From: Malacoraja senta
Taxonomy: Eukaryota
Length of the DNA stretch: 64,000 bases
NCBI GenBank assembly: GCA_038087875.1
Contig: CM075998.1
Coordinates: 7,070,001 to 7,134,000, forward strand
Reading direction: 5' to 3'
The stretch's first letter is position 1. Each line of letters starts with the position of its first letter. The position numbers were made by a program, and so were the translations under genes. The notes beneath the pieces were generated by a model. It saw nothing but the letters and a program-made list of their open reading frames with translations, ran no database searches and was not told the origin of the DNA. Positions 1-12,482 of the stretch are shown one piece after another.

Positions 1-553
1 AGTTTTGGTCTCCAAATCTGAGGAAGGACATTATAGCCATAGAGGGAGTGCAGAGAAGGTTCACCCGACTGATTCCTGGGATGTCAGGACTTTCATATGA
101 AGAAAGACTGGATAGACTTGGCTTATACTCGCTAGAATTTAGGAGATTGAGAGGGGATCTTATAGAAACGTACAAAATTCTTATGGGGTTGGACAGGCTA
201 GATGCAGGAAGATTGTTCCCGATGTTGGGGAAGTCCAGGACAAGGGGTCACAGCTTAAGGATAAGGGGGAAATCCTTTAAGACCGAGATGAGGAAAAACT
301 TTTTCACACAGAGAGTGGTGAATCTCTGGAACTCTCTGCCACAGAGGGTAGTTGAGGCCAGTTCATTGGATATATTTAAGAGGGAGTTAGATGTGGCCCT
401 TGTGGCTAAGGGGATCAGGGGATATGGAGAGAAGGCAGGTACGGGATACTGAGTTGGCTGATCAGCCATGATCATATTGAATGGCGGTGCAGGCTCGAAG
501 GGCCGAATGGCCTACTCCTGCACCTATTTTCTATGTTTCTATCTATGTTTCTA
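1..553 (+). mobile_element. CR1/HER1-like LINE, 3' end (ORF2 C-terminus, 3' UTR, microsatellite tail)
   Basis: ORF 48-452 carries CR1 C-terminal motifs (LERRRLRGDLIE-like, TRGHSL, FFTQRVVNLWNSLP); ends in gggccgaatggcctactcctgcacct plus (tttctatg)n. Confidence 0.9.
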
Positions 554-554
554 A

Positions 555-770
555 GTTCTCCCCGTGACCTGCCTGGATTTTCTCCGAGATCTTCAGTTTC
601 TTCCCACACTCCAAAGACGTACAGGTGTGTATGCTAATTGGCTTGGTATAAGTGTAAATTGTCCCCAGTGTGTGTAGGATAGTGTTAGTGTGCGGGGATC
701 GCTGGTCAGCGTGGACTCGGTGGGCCGAAGGGCCTGTTTCCGCGCTGAATCTCTAAACTAAACGAAACAG
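555..770 (+). mobile_element. HE1-like V-SINE, 5'-truncated
   Basis: V-domain (gttctccccgtgacc...ccacactccaaagacgtacagg), CR1-like tail gggccgaagggcctgtttcc, (ctaaa)n end. Confidence 0.8.
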
Positions 771-1012
771 AAAACTGCAGGAGCATCTTCAGCTCCCTTG
801 CCACTGCCTGATACCGGTGGGTTGAGGGCTCCTGGTGCTCCACAGTTAGGTAGGGTTTCCTGCCCAAAAGAGCTGGATTCATCCTGTGGGGGTGGAAGTG
901 TCTCACTTGGCACCATCATCATTCAGCATGTACATTAATTTCAAATCCACAGGGCCTCTGTCTCCTCGATACAGTATGTGAGATGTAGAGTTGGAGTCGA
1001 GTTGTAGTAGAG

Positions 1013-1305
1013 TTTAGTTTAGAGATACCGCGCGGAAACAGGCCCTTCGGCCCACCGGGTCCCTGCACATTAACACTATCCTACACACACTAGGGACAAT
1101 TTGTAAACATTTACCAAGCCAATTAACCTACCAACCTGTACGAGTGTGGGAGGAAACCGAAGATCTCGCAGAAAACCCACGCAGATCACGGGGAGAACGT
1201 ACAAACTCTGTACAGACAGCACCCGTAGTCGGAATCGAACCGGAGTCTCAAGCGCTGCAATCGCTGCAAGGTAGCAACTCTACCGCTGCACCACTGTGAC
1301 CGCCC
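1013..1305 (-). mobile_element. Complete HE1-like tRNA-derived V-SINE with 10-bp TSD
   Basis: Minus strand has A box (tggtgcagcgg), B box (ggttcgattcc), V-domain and (ctaaa)n tail; TSD tgtagtagag at 1003-1012 and 1306-1315. Confidence 0.88.
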
Positions 1306-1913
1306 TGTAGTAGAGATGTAGTAGAGATTTTTCAAGAGATGTAGGAGAGATGTAGAGATGTGGTGATGTAGAGGAAGAGGGGCAGGGTGCAAGAGCAGAG
1401 AGGCAGGGGGAAGGGTGCAAGAGCAGTGAGGCAGGGGGGTGTAAAATGACGGTAGAAGCAATAGGTAGCAAGGTGAAAAGTAAAAGTGGCAGGCAGACAA
1501 AACCAGGGCAAAAATCAAAAAGGGCCACTTTTCAACATAGTTGTATAAGGGGTAAGAGTGTTGTAAAGACAAGCCTGAAGGCTTTATATCTTAATGCAAG
1601 GAGCATTCGTAATAAGGTGGATGAGTTGAATGTGCAGATAGTTATTAATGAATATGATATAGTTGGGATCACGGAGACATGGCTCCAGGGTGACCAAGGC
1701 TGGGAGCTGAACATTCAGGGATATTCAATATTCAGGAGGGATAGACAGAAAGGAAAAGGAGGCGGGGTAGCGTTGCTGGTTAGAGAGGAGATTAACGCAA
1801 TAGAAAGGAAGGACATTAGCTTGGAGGATGTGGAATCGATATGAGTAGAGCTGCGAAACACTAAGGGGCAGAAAACGCTAGTGAGAGTGGTGTACCGGCC
1901 ACCTAACAGTAGT

Positions 1914-2300
1914 TGGCTTCGCTGTCCGGGTTGCCGGACACAGAGGAGGAAGGCAACCTTCATCCCCAGGGCTGTCCTGCTTTTTAATGCTGATCACTGA
2001 CTCGAACATGTGAAGTGAAATGGCCTTCTATAGGCACTTTCTGGTTGAAGCAGTAAGGAAGCACTTTAGAGGATGTTACTATGTGTTGAAGATTATTACT
2101 ATGTGTTGAATGTAGATGTGCTGTGTGTGTTGTGTGATTGTGCAGTGTGTCTGTGAGATGCGTGTGTTGGTTGATTGTGCAGTATGCGTGCTGCTTATGT
2201 TTGTTGATTGTGTCTCTTTTTTTAGAAGCTACTGTAATGCGCCCTTTTAAATTGCCCCTCGGGGACGAATAAAGTGCTTTGTATTGTATTGTATTGTATT
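1914..2300 (+). mobile_element. Rex1/Babar-like LINE 3' fragment nested in CR1
   Basis: Encodes LRCPGCRTQRRKATFIPRAVLLFNADH*; ends aattgcccctcggggacgaataaag plus (gtatt)n; CR1 reading frame resumes at 2301. Confidence 0.75.
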
Positions 2301-2840
2301 GTAGTGGAGTTGAGGATGGCATCAAACAGGAAATTAGAAACGCGTGCAACAAAGGTAAAACCATTATAATGGGTGACTTCAATCTACATATAGATTGGGT
2401 GAATCAAATTGGCAGGGGTGCTGAGGAAGAGGATTTCTTGGAATGTATGCGGGATAGTTTTCTAAACCAACATGTAGAAGAACCAACGAGAGAGCAGGCT
2501 ATTCTAGACTGGGTATTGAGTAATGAGGAAGGGTTAGTTAGCAGTCTTGTTGTGCGTGGCCCCTTGGGCAAGAGTGACCATAATATGGTTGAGTTCTTCA
2601 TTAGGATGGAGAGTGACATTGTTAATTCAGAAACAAAGGTCCTGAACTTAAAGAAAGGTTACTTTGAGGGTAATGAGACGTGAATTGGCCAAGATAGAGT
2701 GGCCAATGATTCTTAAAGGGTTGACGGTGGAAGGCATTTTAAAACTGCATGGATGAACTACAACAAGTGTTCATCCCAGGTACACAAAAATGCTGGAGAA
2801 ACTCAGCGGGTGCAGCAGCATCTATGGAGCGAAGGAAATA

Positions 2841-2874
2841 GGTAACGTTTCGGGCCGAAACCCTTCTTCAGACT
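2841..2874 (-). ncRNA. Minimal hammerhead ribozyme motif in Penelope pLTR
   Basis: Reverse complement reads CUGAAGA-AGGG-UUUCGG-CCC-GAAA-CGUU. Confidence 0.65.
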
Positions 2875-2988
2875 GATAGGGGGTGGGGAGAAGAAAGGAA
2901 AAAAGGGCAAAGGCGGAGGAGGAGCCCGAGGGCTAGGGGAGGGGAGGAGACAACCAGATGGCTGATGAAGGGGAGGGGACAGCCAGGG

Positions 2989-3729
2989 CTAGCAGAATTG
3001 GGAGAATTCAATGTTCAAGCCCCCAGGATGTAGACTGCCCAAGCGGAATATGAGGTGCATTTCCTCCAATTTACGGTGTTGCTCGCTGTGGCCATGGAGG
3101 AGACCCAGGACAGAGAGGTCAGATACGGAATGGGAGGGGGAGTTGAAGTGCTGAGCCACCGGGAGTTCAGGTTGGTTATTGCGGACCGACCGGAAGTGTT
3201 CGGCGAAACGATCGCCAAGCCTCCGCTTGGTCTCACCGATGTAGATCAGCTGGCATCTAGAGCAGCGAATGCAATAGATGAGGTTGGAGGAGATGCAGGT
3301 GAACCTCTGTCGCACCTGGAACGACTGCTTGGGTCCTTGAATGGAGTGGAGGGGGGAGGTGAAGGGACAAGTGTTGCATCTCTTGCGGTTGCAAGGGAAA
3401 GTACCAGGGGAGGGGGTGGTATGGGAGGGAAGGGAAGAATTGACAAGGGAGTTACGGAGGGAGCGGTCTTTGCGGAAGGCAGACATGGGGGGAGATGGGA
3501 AGATGTGGCGAGTGGTGGGGTCACGTTGGAGGTGGCGAAACTGACGGAGGATCACTTGTTGTATGTGACGGCTGGTGGGGTGAAAGGTGAGGACTAGGGG
3601 GACTCTGCCTTTGTTGTGAGTGGGGGGATGGGGAGAGAGAGCAGTGTTGCGGGGTATGGCAGAGACCCTGGTGCGAGCCTCATCTATGGTGGAGGAGGGG
3701 AACCCCCGTTCCCTGAAGAATGAGGACAT
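2989..3729 (-). CDS. Penelope RT thumb/linker plus GIY-YIG endonuclease (partial ORF)
   Basis: NLIYCIRCSRCQLIYIGETKRRLGDRFAEH, VAQHFN, HPGGLNIEF motifs. Confidence 0.85.
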   Translation of the reverse strand: MSSFFRERGFPSSTIDEARTRVSAIPRNTALSPHPPTHNKGRVPLVLTFHPTSRHIQQVILRQFRHLQRDPTTRHIFPSPPMSAFRKDRSLRNSLVNSSLPSHTTPSPGTFPCNRKRCNTCPFTSPLHSIQGPKQSFQVRQRFTCISSNLIYCIRCSRCQLIYIGETKRRLGDRFAEHFRSVRNNQPELPVAQHFNSPSHSVSDLSVLGLLHGHSEQHRKLEEMHLIFRLGSLHPGGLNIEFSQFC

Positions 3730-4034
3730 TTCAGATGCCCTGGTGTGGAACGCCTCATCCTGGGAGCAGATGCGGCGTAGACGGAGGAATTGGGAGTGGG
3801 GGATGGAGTCCTTACAGGAAGCAGGGTGGGAAGAAGTGTAGTCCAGATAGCCATGGGAGTCGGTAGGTTTGTCGGTAGGTCCCTGGGGGCCTCAACATTG
3901 AATTCTCCTAATTCTGCTAGCCCTTGCTGTCCCCTCCCCTTCATCAGCCATCTGGTTGTCTCCTCCCCTCCCCTAGCCCTCGGGCTCCTCCTCCGCCTTT
4001 GTCCTTTTTTCCTTTCTTCTCCCCACCCCCTATC

Positions 4035-4068
4035 AGTCTGAAGAAGGGTTTCGGCCCGAAACGTTACC
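4035..4068 (+). ncRNA. Minimal hammerhead ribozyme motif in Penelope pLTR
   Basis: CTGAAGA (4038-4044), stem II ggg/ccc, GAAA (4058-4061), palindromic helix III aacgtt. Confidence 0.65.
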
Positions 4069-5211
4069 TATTTCCTTCACTCCATAGATGCTGCTGCACC
4101 CGCTGAGTTTCTCCAGCATTTTTGTGTACCTTCGATTTTCCAGCATCTGCAGTTCCTTCTTTAACACAAGTGTTCATCCCAGTTTGGCAAAATAATAAAT
4201 CAGGGAAGGTACTGCATCCGTGGATAACAAGGGAAATCAAGGATAGTATCAAAACAAAAGAGGAAGCCTACAAATTAGCCAGAACAAGCAGCCTACCAGA
4301 GGACTGGGAGAAATTCAGAGTCCAGCAGAGGAGGACAAAAGGCTTAATTAGGAAAGGGATAATAGATTATGAAAGAAAACTGGCAGGGAACATAAAAACT
4401 GACTGCAAAAGTTTTTATAGATATGTCAAGAGGAAAAGATTAGTTAAAACAAATGTAGGTCCCTTGCAGTCAGAAACAGGCGAATTGATCATGGGGAACA
4501 AAGACATGGCAGACCAATTGAATAATTACTTTGGTTCTGTCTTCACTAAGGAAGACATAAATAATCTGCCGGAAATAGCAAGGGACCGGGGGTTAAATGG
4601 AGGAACTGAGTGAAATCCAGGTTAGCCGGGAAGTGGTGTTAGGTAAATTGAATGGATTAAAGGCCGATAAATCCCCAGGGCCGGATAAGTTGCATCCCAG
4701 AGTACTTAAGGAAGTAGCCGCAGAAATAGTGGATGCATTAGTGATAATTTTTCAAAACTCTTTAGATTCTGGAGTAGTTCCTGAGGCTTGTACACGTTGG
4801 AATTCAGAAGACTGAGGGGGGATCTTATAGAAACTTACAAAATTCTTAAGGGGTTGGACAGGCTAGATGCAGGAAGATTATTCCCGATGTTGGGGAAGAC
4901 CAGAACAAGGGGTCACAGTTTAAGGATAAGAGGGAAGACTTTTAGGACCGAGATGAGGAAATCATTTTTTACACAGAGAGTGGTGAATCTGTGGAATTCT
5001 CTGCCACAGAAGGTAGTTGAGGCCAGTTCATTGGCTATATTTAAGAGGGAGTTAGATGTGGCCCTTGTGGCTAAAGGGATCAGGGGGTATGGAGAGAAGG
5101 CAGGTACAGGATACCGAGTTGGATGATCAGCCATGATCATATTGAATGGCGGTGCAGGCTCGAAGGGCCGAATGGCCTACTCCTGCACCTATTTTCTATG
5201 TTTCTATGTTT

Positions 5212-8200
5212 ATTTTTATTTTTATTTTATTTTTTTATTTATTAGAAGTATTTTACATTACAGTAATCTGCAATAACGTAAATTTATACAGTTCTTGTAC
5301 CACTTCTGTTTTTCAACTTTAATAGAAAAGAAGAATAGAAAGAGCTAGCAAGGACAGTCAGTGAGTGAATGAAAAAGTGGCCCAGGAACACACATGTGAA
5401 CCTAAACCACAAGAAGTAGTTAAAGAAGAAAAGAAAAAAAGAGAAAAAAGAAAATAAGATAGGACAATATGAAAGGGATGTACCTACATCTTATCTTTAC
5501 TCACCCCTCGCCAGGTCCTAAAACCATTTATTATCATCATTTTGTTGCACCCTATGTTTGTAATAAGTCGATATATGGAGACCAAATCTTTTGGAATTGG
5601 TCTTGTTTACTTGCTAGGAGGAATCTCATACCTTCTAGATGTAACAATTCCGACATATTAGAAGTCCACATTTTTATTGTTGGCGTAGGAGCATTTTTCC
5701 AAAATTTCAGTATTAATTTTTTTGCCGTTATTAAGCCATAACTAAGAAAACTCCTTTGAAACGAAGTCAGCTCCAAAGTTGCTTCTATTGTTCCAAAAAT
5801 AATCAGTTCTGCATTCGGTTTCAGTTTTATTTTAAATAATTTAGTGAAAATTTCAAAAATTTCATTCCAAAATTTTTGAATTTTTATACAAAAAACAAAA
5901 GAATGTGCTATAGTTGATTCTTGGACTAAGCATTTATCACAGTTTGCAGAGGTATTTGGGTAAAATTTACTTAATTTAGCTTTTGAATAATATAATCTAT
6001 GTAAAATTTTAAATTGAATCAGAGTATGTCTTACGTTAATCAAGCATTTATGCACATATAATAGATGTTTATCCCAACTCTCTTTCGAGATTTTTATAGC
6101 TAGTTCCTGTTCCCATTCTCTTCTAATCCCATCCGATGATGGAATTTCTATATTTAAAATGGAATTATATAGGTATGATATTAAGTTAGCTGATTCCGCT
6201 TTTATATTCATTATCCCATCTAATAAGTCAGGAGACATATTTTGATATTCCCGTGTATACTTTTTCAAATAATCACGTAGTTGGAAATATTTAAAATATT
6301 GATTATTATTCAAGTTGTATTTAAGTTGTAATTGGTGAAATGTTAAAAAACTTCCATTATCATACATATCTCCAAACGTTTTAATTCCTACTCTTTCCCA
6401 ATTTATAAAAGCTCTATCTATCATAGAAGGTTTAAACAAAGGATTATTCATTATAGGTGAAAGAAGTGATAGATTTCTTAATTTTAACGATAATTTTATT
6501 TGTTTCCAAATTCTAATTGTACTGTGAATAATTGGATTTTTACTATATATTGTATTCTTTATTTTTGTTAGTGAGAGAAGGATCGCTCCTATGTTAAAAG
6601 GGGAACAATCCTCTCTCTCCATTACTATCCAATCCACCTGCTGGGCCGAATTGTCCAACAGGTGAATCATATTTTTGACATTTGTGGCCCAATAATAATA
6701 TAAAAAATTGGGGAGTGATAATCCACCAAATTCCTTAGGTTTACACAAATGTTTTCTTTGGATTCTGTGGGATTTATAGTCCCATATAAAATTTGTAATA
6801 TCAGCATCCAATTTAAAAAAAAAAAATTTGGGTAAGTATATCGGTATTGACTGGAATAGATATAAAATTTGTGGTAAAAAGATCATTTTTATAGCATTTA
6901 TTCGGCCTATAAGAGACATCGGGAGGGTTTTCCAGAATTTAATCAGTGTGTTTAGTTTATTGAGTAAGGGCATATAGTTTGCATTAAATAGAGACTTATA
7001 TTTTCTAGTAATTTCAATTCCCAAATATTTAAATTTTTCTACGGCGATTTTAAAAGGGAATTTTAACAGGTGTGTCGATTCCTGAGGTTTAATCGGCATA
7101 ATTTCACTTTTATTCCAATTTATTCTATATCCTGAAAAGGATCCAAATTCCTCAATTAAATTTAATATATTTGGTATACTAGTTTGTGATTTTGTAATGT
7201 ATAGTAGTACATCATCTGCATATAAAGATATCTTATTATTTGAATTGTACCCATAAATATTCGGATGTATCCTAATACTTTCCGCTAACGGTTCTATTAC
7301 AAGAGCAAATAGCACAGGTGATAATGAACACCCCTGTCTATTTCCCCTTGATAACTGAAATTTCGAGGACAAGATATTATTAGTTAATATTCTGGCCGTA
7401 GGCCTGTCATATAATAATTTTACCCAAGCGATAAAATTCTCTCCCACTTGAAATTTTTGCAATACCATATAATCCCATTCCACTTGATCAAATGCTTTTT
7501 CTGCGTCCAGTGAAATAATTGATAAATCTTGCTCTTCGGTTTTATGTGAGTGCATTATATTAAACAGACGTCTCAGGTTATTACTTGAATACCTCTTGGG
7601 TATAAACCCTGTTTGATCCGGATTTATTAATTTACTGACATAGTTACTTAGCCTTCTAGCTAATGTTTTCGCTAATATTTTATGATCTGTATTTAACAGC
7701 GCAATAGCTCTATAAGAGCCCGGATCTTCTAAATCTTTACCTTTTTTAGGTATTAGAGTAATCGTTGACTCCGCCAGTGTTTCTGGAAGTGTATGTTCTT
7801 TAAAAGCATATGTATACATTTTATGTAGTCGTGGTGTAATTATCTCATAAAATCTTTTATAAAATTCATTACTAAAACCATCTGCTCCTGGAGTTTTTCC
7901 GTTCTTTAATGTATTTATTGTTTCTTCTATTTCCTTAGTTGAGATTTGTGCACCTAATTCCTCTTGTTCACTCACATTGAGTTTTGGGAGCTTACAATTA
8001 TCCAGGAACTCTCTAACTTTAGTACTATCTGCTACCGCTTTAGATGTATATAAATGTTGATAAAATTGAGCAAATCTTTTATTAATATCCTTAGGTAGTG
8101 TTAACAATTCCCCTTTATTTGATTTAATCCTTAAAATCATGTGGTCCTTTTCCCGTTTTTTCAGTTGTCGAGCCAGAAGCTTGTGTGGTTTATCCCTAAA

Positions 8201-9794
8201 TTCAAAATTTTCCTGTTTTGTGATTTGAAATAGTCTAATAACATTTGCTGATAATATTTTGTTTAATTTAAATTTCATTCTTGTTATTTTATTATGTTTG
8301 TCTATAGTAGGCTCTTTAGCATTATCTAATTCCAATTCTCTAATTCGTTCTTCTAACTGCCTTTGTTCTTTCTTATTCCTTTTATTTAAAAAAGCTTGGT
8401 ATGAGATTATAGATCTCTAATGACTGCTTTGAATGATTCCCATAGTAGAACTGGTGAAATATCTGGGGTATCATTATTCTTTAAAAAAAGTTCCATCTGT
8501 TGTTTTAAATATATTTCCCCTTGTGGATCATTTAAGATTTGAGGATTAAACCTCCAAAACGATTTATTAGAAGGCATTCCTTCTAATTTAAAAAAAAAGT
8601 TAACGGGGAGTGATCAGAAATTATACTATTGTGATATTTTGATTTAATTGTATAGGGAATTAGTTTTGTATCCACTAAGAAATAGTCGATACGTGAATAC
8701 GTTTTGTGTACCATTGAATAAAACGAGTATTCCCTTCCGACAGGGTTAGGGATCCTCCAAACATCTGTTATATTTGTATTTTTTATGTAAGTATTTAAGA
8801 TTTCCCTGGTTTTAGATTTTGTGTTGCCCCTACTCTGTTGTGAAGATTTATCCAAATATGGATCCAAAACACAGTTAAAATCTCCCCCAATTATCACATT
8901 TTGATAATTGAACTCTGTAATTATATTCAAAATTTTATTTAAAAATTGAGGATTATCAAAATTAGGCGCATAAATATTTACCAAGGTGATTGGGGTATCA
9001 TGAATCTCTCCGGTAACTATAAGGTATCTCCCTTCCTTATCTGTCACGATTTTCTTCGATTTAAATGGTATACCTTTTCGAATAATGATTGCTGTGCCTC
9101 TAGCTTTGGAAATATATGAAGATTGGTATGTTTGGCCTATCCAGTTTGCCTTCAATCTGGCTTGAGCTTGCAGTTTCAAGTGAGTTTCTTGTAGGAATAT
9201 TATGTCCGAATTGAGTGACTTCAATTGTGCAAAAATCTTACCCCTTTTAATTGGTTCATTAGCACCCCTAATATTCCAACTACAGAATGTGATTCCTCCA
9301 AATTTCTTTTGTATATCGTCTTGCATTTTAAATTATTTACTACCTTTTAAACATGTGGTGCAAACAATACCTTAGGTCTCTGGCTGTTGGGCGAGCATTT
9401 GCAATATTAAATTCAGTTATTACATCCCTCTCAAAATTGTCCTTAAGTAAAAAAACAAAAAAGTGTACATTATTGTGACATTAAAAAAAAATCAAAAGAG
9501 TGAGGTTACAGTGTCTAAAAATGACGACACTGTGGCCAATTATCCACCTAATGGTGGTAGTTACACAATTAATGACTTCCGTAGTGGTTAATCTACATTT
9601 AGCTCCGTCCCCTTGAATAATCTTACAAAAGGGAGTTGGGACCCATTCAAAGCCAAATTTTATGTGTCAGCCTTACCGTATCTACCATATCTTTGTATTT
9701 AAATAAATCTTCTCTAATCTCCTAGCTTATCTACCATTTACTTATGTTAACAATTATTACATTTTCTTCCTCCATACTAAACTGCCTTTGGTTG
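5212..9794 (-). mobile_element. L1-clade LINE with near-complete ORF2, 5'-truncated upstream of ORF2
   Basis: EN ORF 8583-9326 (SWNIRG, FLQETH, GGDFN, SRIDY, SDH); RT ORF 5552-8335 (SLDAEKAFD, RQGCSLSP, LYADD, C-terminal CxxC..H..C); A-rich tail 5212-5241; probable TSD gtttctatgttt at 5200-5211 and 9795-9806. Confidence 0.92.
5552..9326 (-). pseudogene. L1 ORF2 (endonuclease-reverse transcriptase), frameshifted between 8335 and 8583
   Basis: Collinear ORFs of 247 and 927 aa; first break at a homopolymer run near 8590. Confidence 0.85.
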
Positions 9795-11045
9795 GTTTCT
9801 ATGTTTCTATGTAAGAGATGAAGAGATCATATGGTCATAAGTGATAGGAGTAGAATTAGGCCATTTGGCTGGCTGATCTATCTCTCCTTCCTAACCCCAT
9901 TTTCCTGCCTTCTCCCCATAACCTCTGACACATACTAATCAAGCATCTATCTATCTCTGCCTTAAAAATATGCACTGATGGCCACCACAGCCGTCTGTGG
10001 CATAGAATTCCACAGATGCACCACCCTCTGACTAAAGAAATTTCTCCTTATCTCCTTCCTAAAAGAACGTCCTTTAATTCTGAGGCTGCGACCTCTAGTC
10101 CTAGACTCTCACACTAGTGGAAATATCCTCTCCACATCCACTCTATCCAAGCCTTTCGTGTTTCAATGAGGTCCCTCCACATTCTTCAAAACTCCAGCGA
10201 GTACAGGCCCAGTGCTGAAAAAAGCTCATCAAAGGTTAACCTACTCATTCCTGGGACCATTCTTGTAAACCTCCTCTGGACCCTCTCCAGAGCCAGCACA
10301 AACTTGCTCACAATAATCCAAATGCGGCCTTACCTGCGTATTATGGAGCCTCAGCATTACATCCCCGTTTTTGTATACAAGCCCTCTTGAAATGAGTTTG
10401 CTTTCTTTACTACCGATTCGACTTGCAATTGAACTTTTTGGGAATCCTGCACCAGCACTCCCAAGTCCCTTTGCACCTCCGATTTCTGGATTCTCTCCCC
10501 ATTTAGAAAATAATCTACGCCTTTATTCCTACTACCAAAACGCATGACTCCACACTTTGCTACAATATGTTCCATCTGCCACTTCTCTCCCCTCTCTCCC
10601 AACCTGTCCAAGTCCTTCTGCAGAGTCCCTGCTTTCTCTACACTACCTGCCCCGCCACCTATTTTCATATCATTCGCAAACTTGGCCACAGAGCCTTCAA
10701 TCCCCTCGTCCAAATCATTAATATACAACGTGAAGAGTAGCGGCCCCAGCACCGACCCCCACATAACTCCACTAGTCACTGGCAGCCAACCAGAAAAAGC
10801 CCCCTTTATTGCCACACTTTGCCTTCTGCCATCCAGCCATCCTGCTATCGATGATAGTATCTGCCCTTTGATACCGTGGGCTCTCATCTTCCTTAGAAGC
10901 CTCCCGGGTGGACATCTACTGACTCTCCTTTGCCTGTCCTGTTATTTACTTCTTCAAAGGATTCTAGCAAATTTGTCATGCAAGACCTCCCCTTCACAAA
11001 GCCATGCTGACTTCGGCCTATTTTATTGTGAACTTCTAAATACTA

Positions 11046-11057
11046 TCTATCTATCTA

Positions 11058-11136
<79 letters not shown>

Positions 11137-12268
11137 TCTTGTTTGTATCTATATTTGTTTGTCCTTTGTTTGTAAATTTGTAAATTGTAAATTGTACCTA
11201 TATTTGCACAAAAATGGTACATGATAGTGCTACAATATTTGGCCCACAAGTTTCGTTCAGATTGATGGTATATTTTACAAGTTATTCACATTTTAAACTT
11301 TACAAAAAACACTTTACAAAACCACTTTTCTACTTGCCCTGCCCGTCAGTCACGTTCGACGTCACAATGACGTCACAATGGGATACCGTATTTCATTCAC
11401 ATTAAAAATTGTGATTTTCATTGACATTTATTTCATTCTAAAAAAACTCAGTTTTAATCAAATTCTTCCGTTTACATTAACAGCTAACATTGTGTTTAGG
11501 AGGGAGAGTGGGGAGGAGGGGCGATAGAGGGAGAGGAGGGGGGGACTGTGGGAGGTAGGGATAGAAGTAGAGGAGGGCAGTGGGGGAGGTGAGGAGGAGA
11601 GTAGGGGGTAGGATAGGGGATGTGAGGGTGGGGAGCAGGGGGATAGAGGGAGAGGAGGGGGGTAGGGACGGTAGAGGGTTTATGGAGGGAAGGAGGGAGT
11701 GACTGAGGATAGGGGAAAGGAGAGGGAGGGAGAGGGAGGGAGAGGGAGGGAGAGGAGGGAGGGAGGGAGGGAGAGGGGAGAGAGGGGGTAAGGGAGGGGA
11801 GGAGAGGGGAAAGAAGAGGGAGGGTGAAGAGGAGGGGGAGGATTGCTGGGGGATGAGGGGGAATGGAGGGAGATAGGAGTAGGAAGAGGAATGGTTGAGG
11901 TAATGGCAGAGGGGAGGGGAAGAGGAGGAGGGTGGGAGGGGAGGGGGGGTTGGGTTGGTGGAGGGTGAGGAGAGGGAGGACTAATGGAGAAGGGGAATCG
12001 GGGACTGAAGAGGGAGAGTGAGATGTGTTCACATGACTATATTTTTACAGGTTATTGCCATTTTGAACTTTAAAAATGTCACAGTCACGTTGCCACTTGC
12101 CGGCTGCGCCTGTGCAATTGGGGGAGGGTTGCTGTGACTCGCATCATAACAGGGATCTCTGGCGTCACAATGGGGACCCCTCAGGCACGCCTAAACAGTT
12201 GGGGCCATGGGTCAGTGGGTGGAATTTTGCCCTGGGGGACGGGCCCAACGGGTCCGCACCTGGTCTAT
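11046..12268 (+). mobile_element. Non-autonomous Helitron-like element, solo copy (boundaries approximate)
   Basis: Starts (tcta)n then (tgtc)n; internal tgacgtcacaatg motif shared with the 30.8-38.5 kb units; ends with hairpin gggccc-aac-gggtcc plus gcacctggtCTAT (degenerate CTAG). Confidence 0.6.
11060..11135. repeat. (TGTC)n microsatellite
   Basis: Directly visible perfect tetranucleotide repeat. Confidence 0.95.
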
Positions 12269-12482
12269 TGTACTCTAAACTCATAACAACACCACTGAAG
12301 TCAGATTAACCAGCCTATAGTTCCCACTATTCTGCTTTGCTGCCATCTTGTGCAGCGGGGGTGACATTGGCAATTTTTCCAATCATCTGGGACTTCTCCT
12401 GTCTCCAGTGATTTTTGAAATATCACTGTCAATGCGTCCATAATCTCTAAAGCCACCACTTCAGAACCCAAGGGTGCAGTCA

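Larger units (their letters stand above)
2780..4165 (-). mobile_element. Penelope-like retroelement, 5'-truncated, with inverted pseudo-LTRs and 17-bp TSD
   Basis: GIY-YIG ORF 2989-3729; about 250-bp inverted repeats 2780-3028 and 3882-4129; TSD acaagtgttcatcccag at 2763-2779 and 4166-4182. Confidence 0.9.
1371..5211 (+). mobile_element. CR1/HER1 LINE ORF2 relic (APE endonuclease to 3' tail), interrupted twice, RT core deleted
   Basis: APE motifs (LNARSIRNK, GITETWL, MGDFN, SDHN) at 1446-2683; linker 4183-4785; jumps to C-terminus at about 4786; tail 5190-5211. Confidence 0.88.
9830..12482 (-). mobile_element. Decayed CR1 LINE (second subfamily), interrupted by a Helitron-like unit
   Basis: 3' tail near 9830; RT fragment ORF 10357-10887; homology resumes at about 12270-12482. 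Confidence 0.75.

Noticed and set aside
1225..1305. tRNA gene (A and B boxes)
   Set aside because: It is the head of a SINE, continuous with the V-domain and LINE-derived tail; the same applies at 30.5 kb and 57.2 kb.
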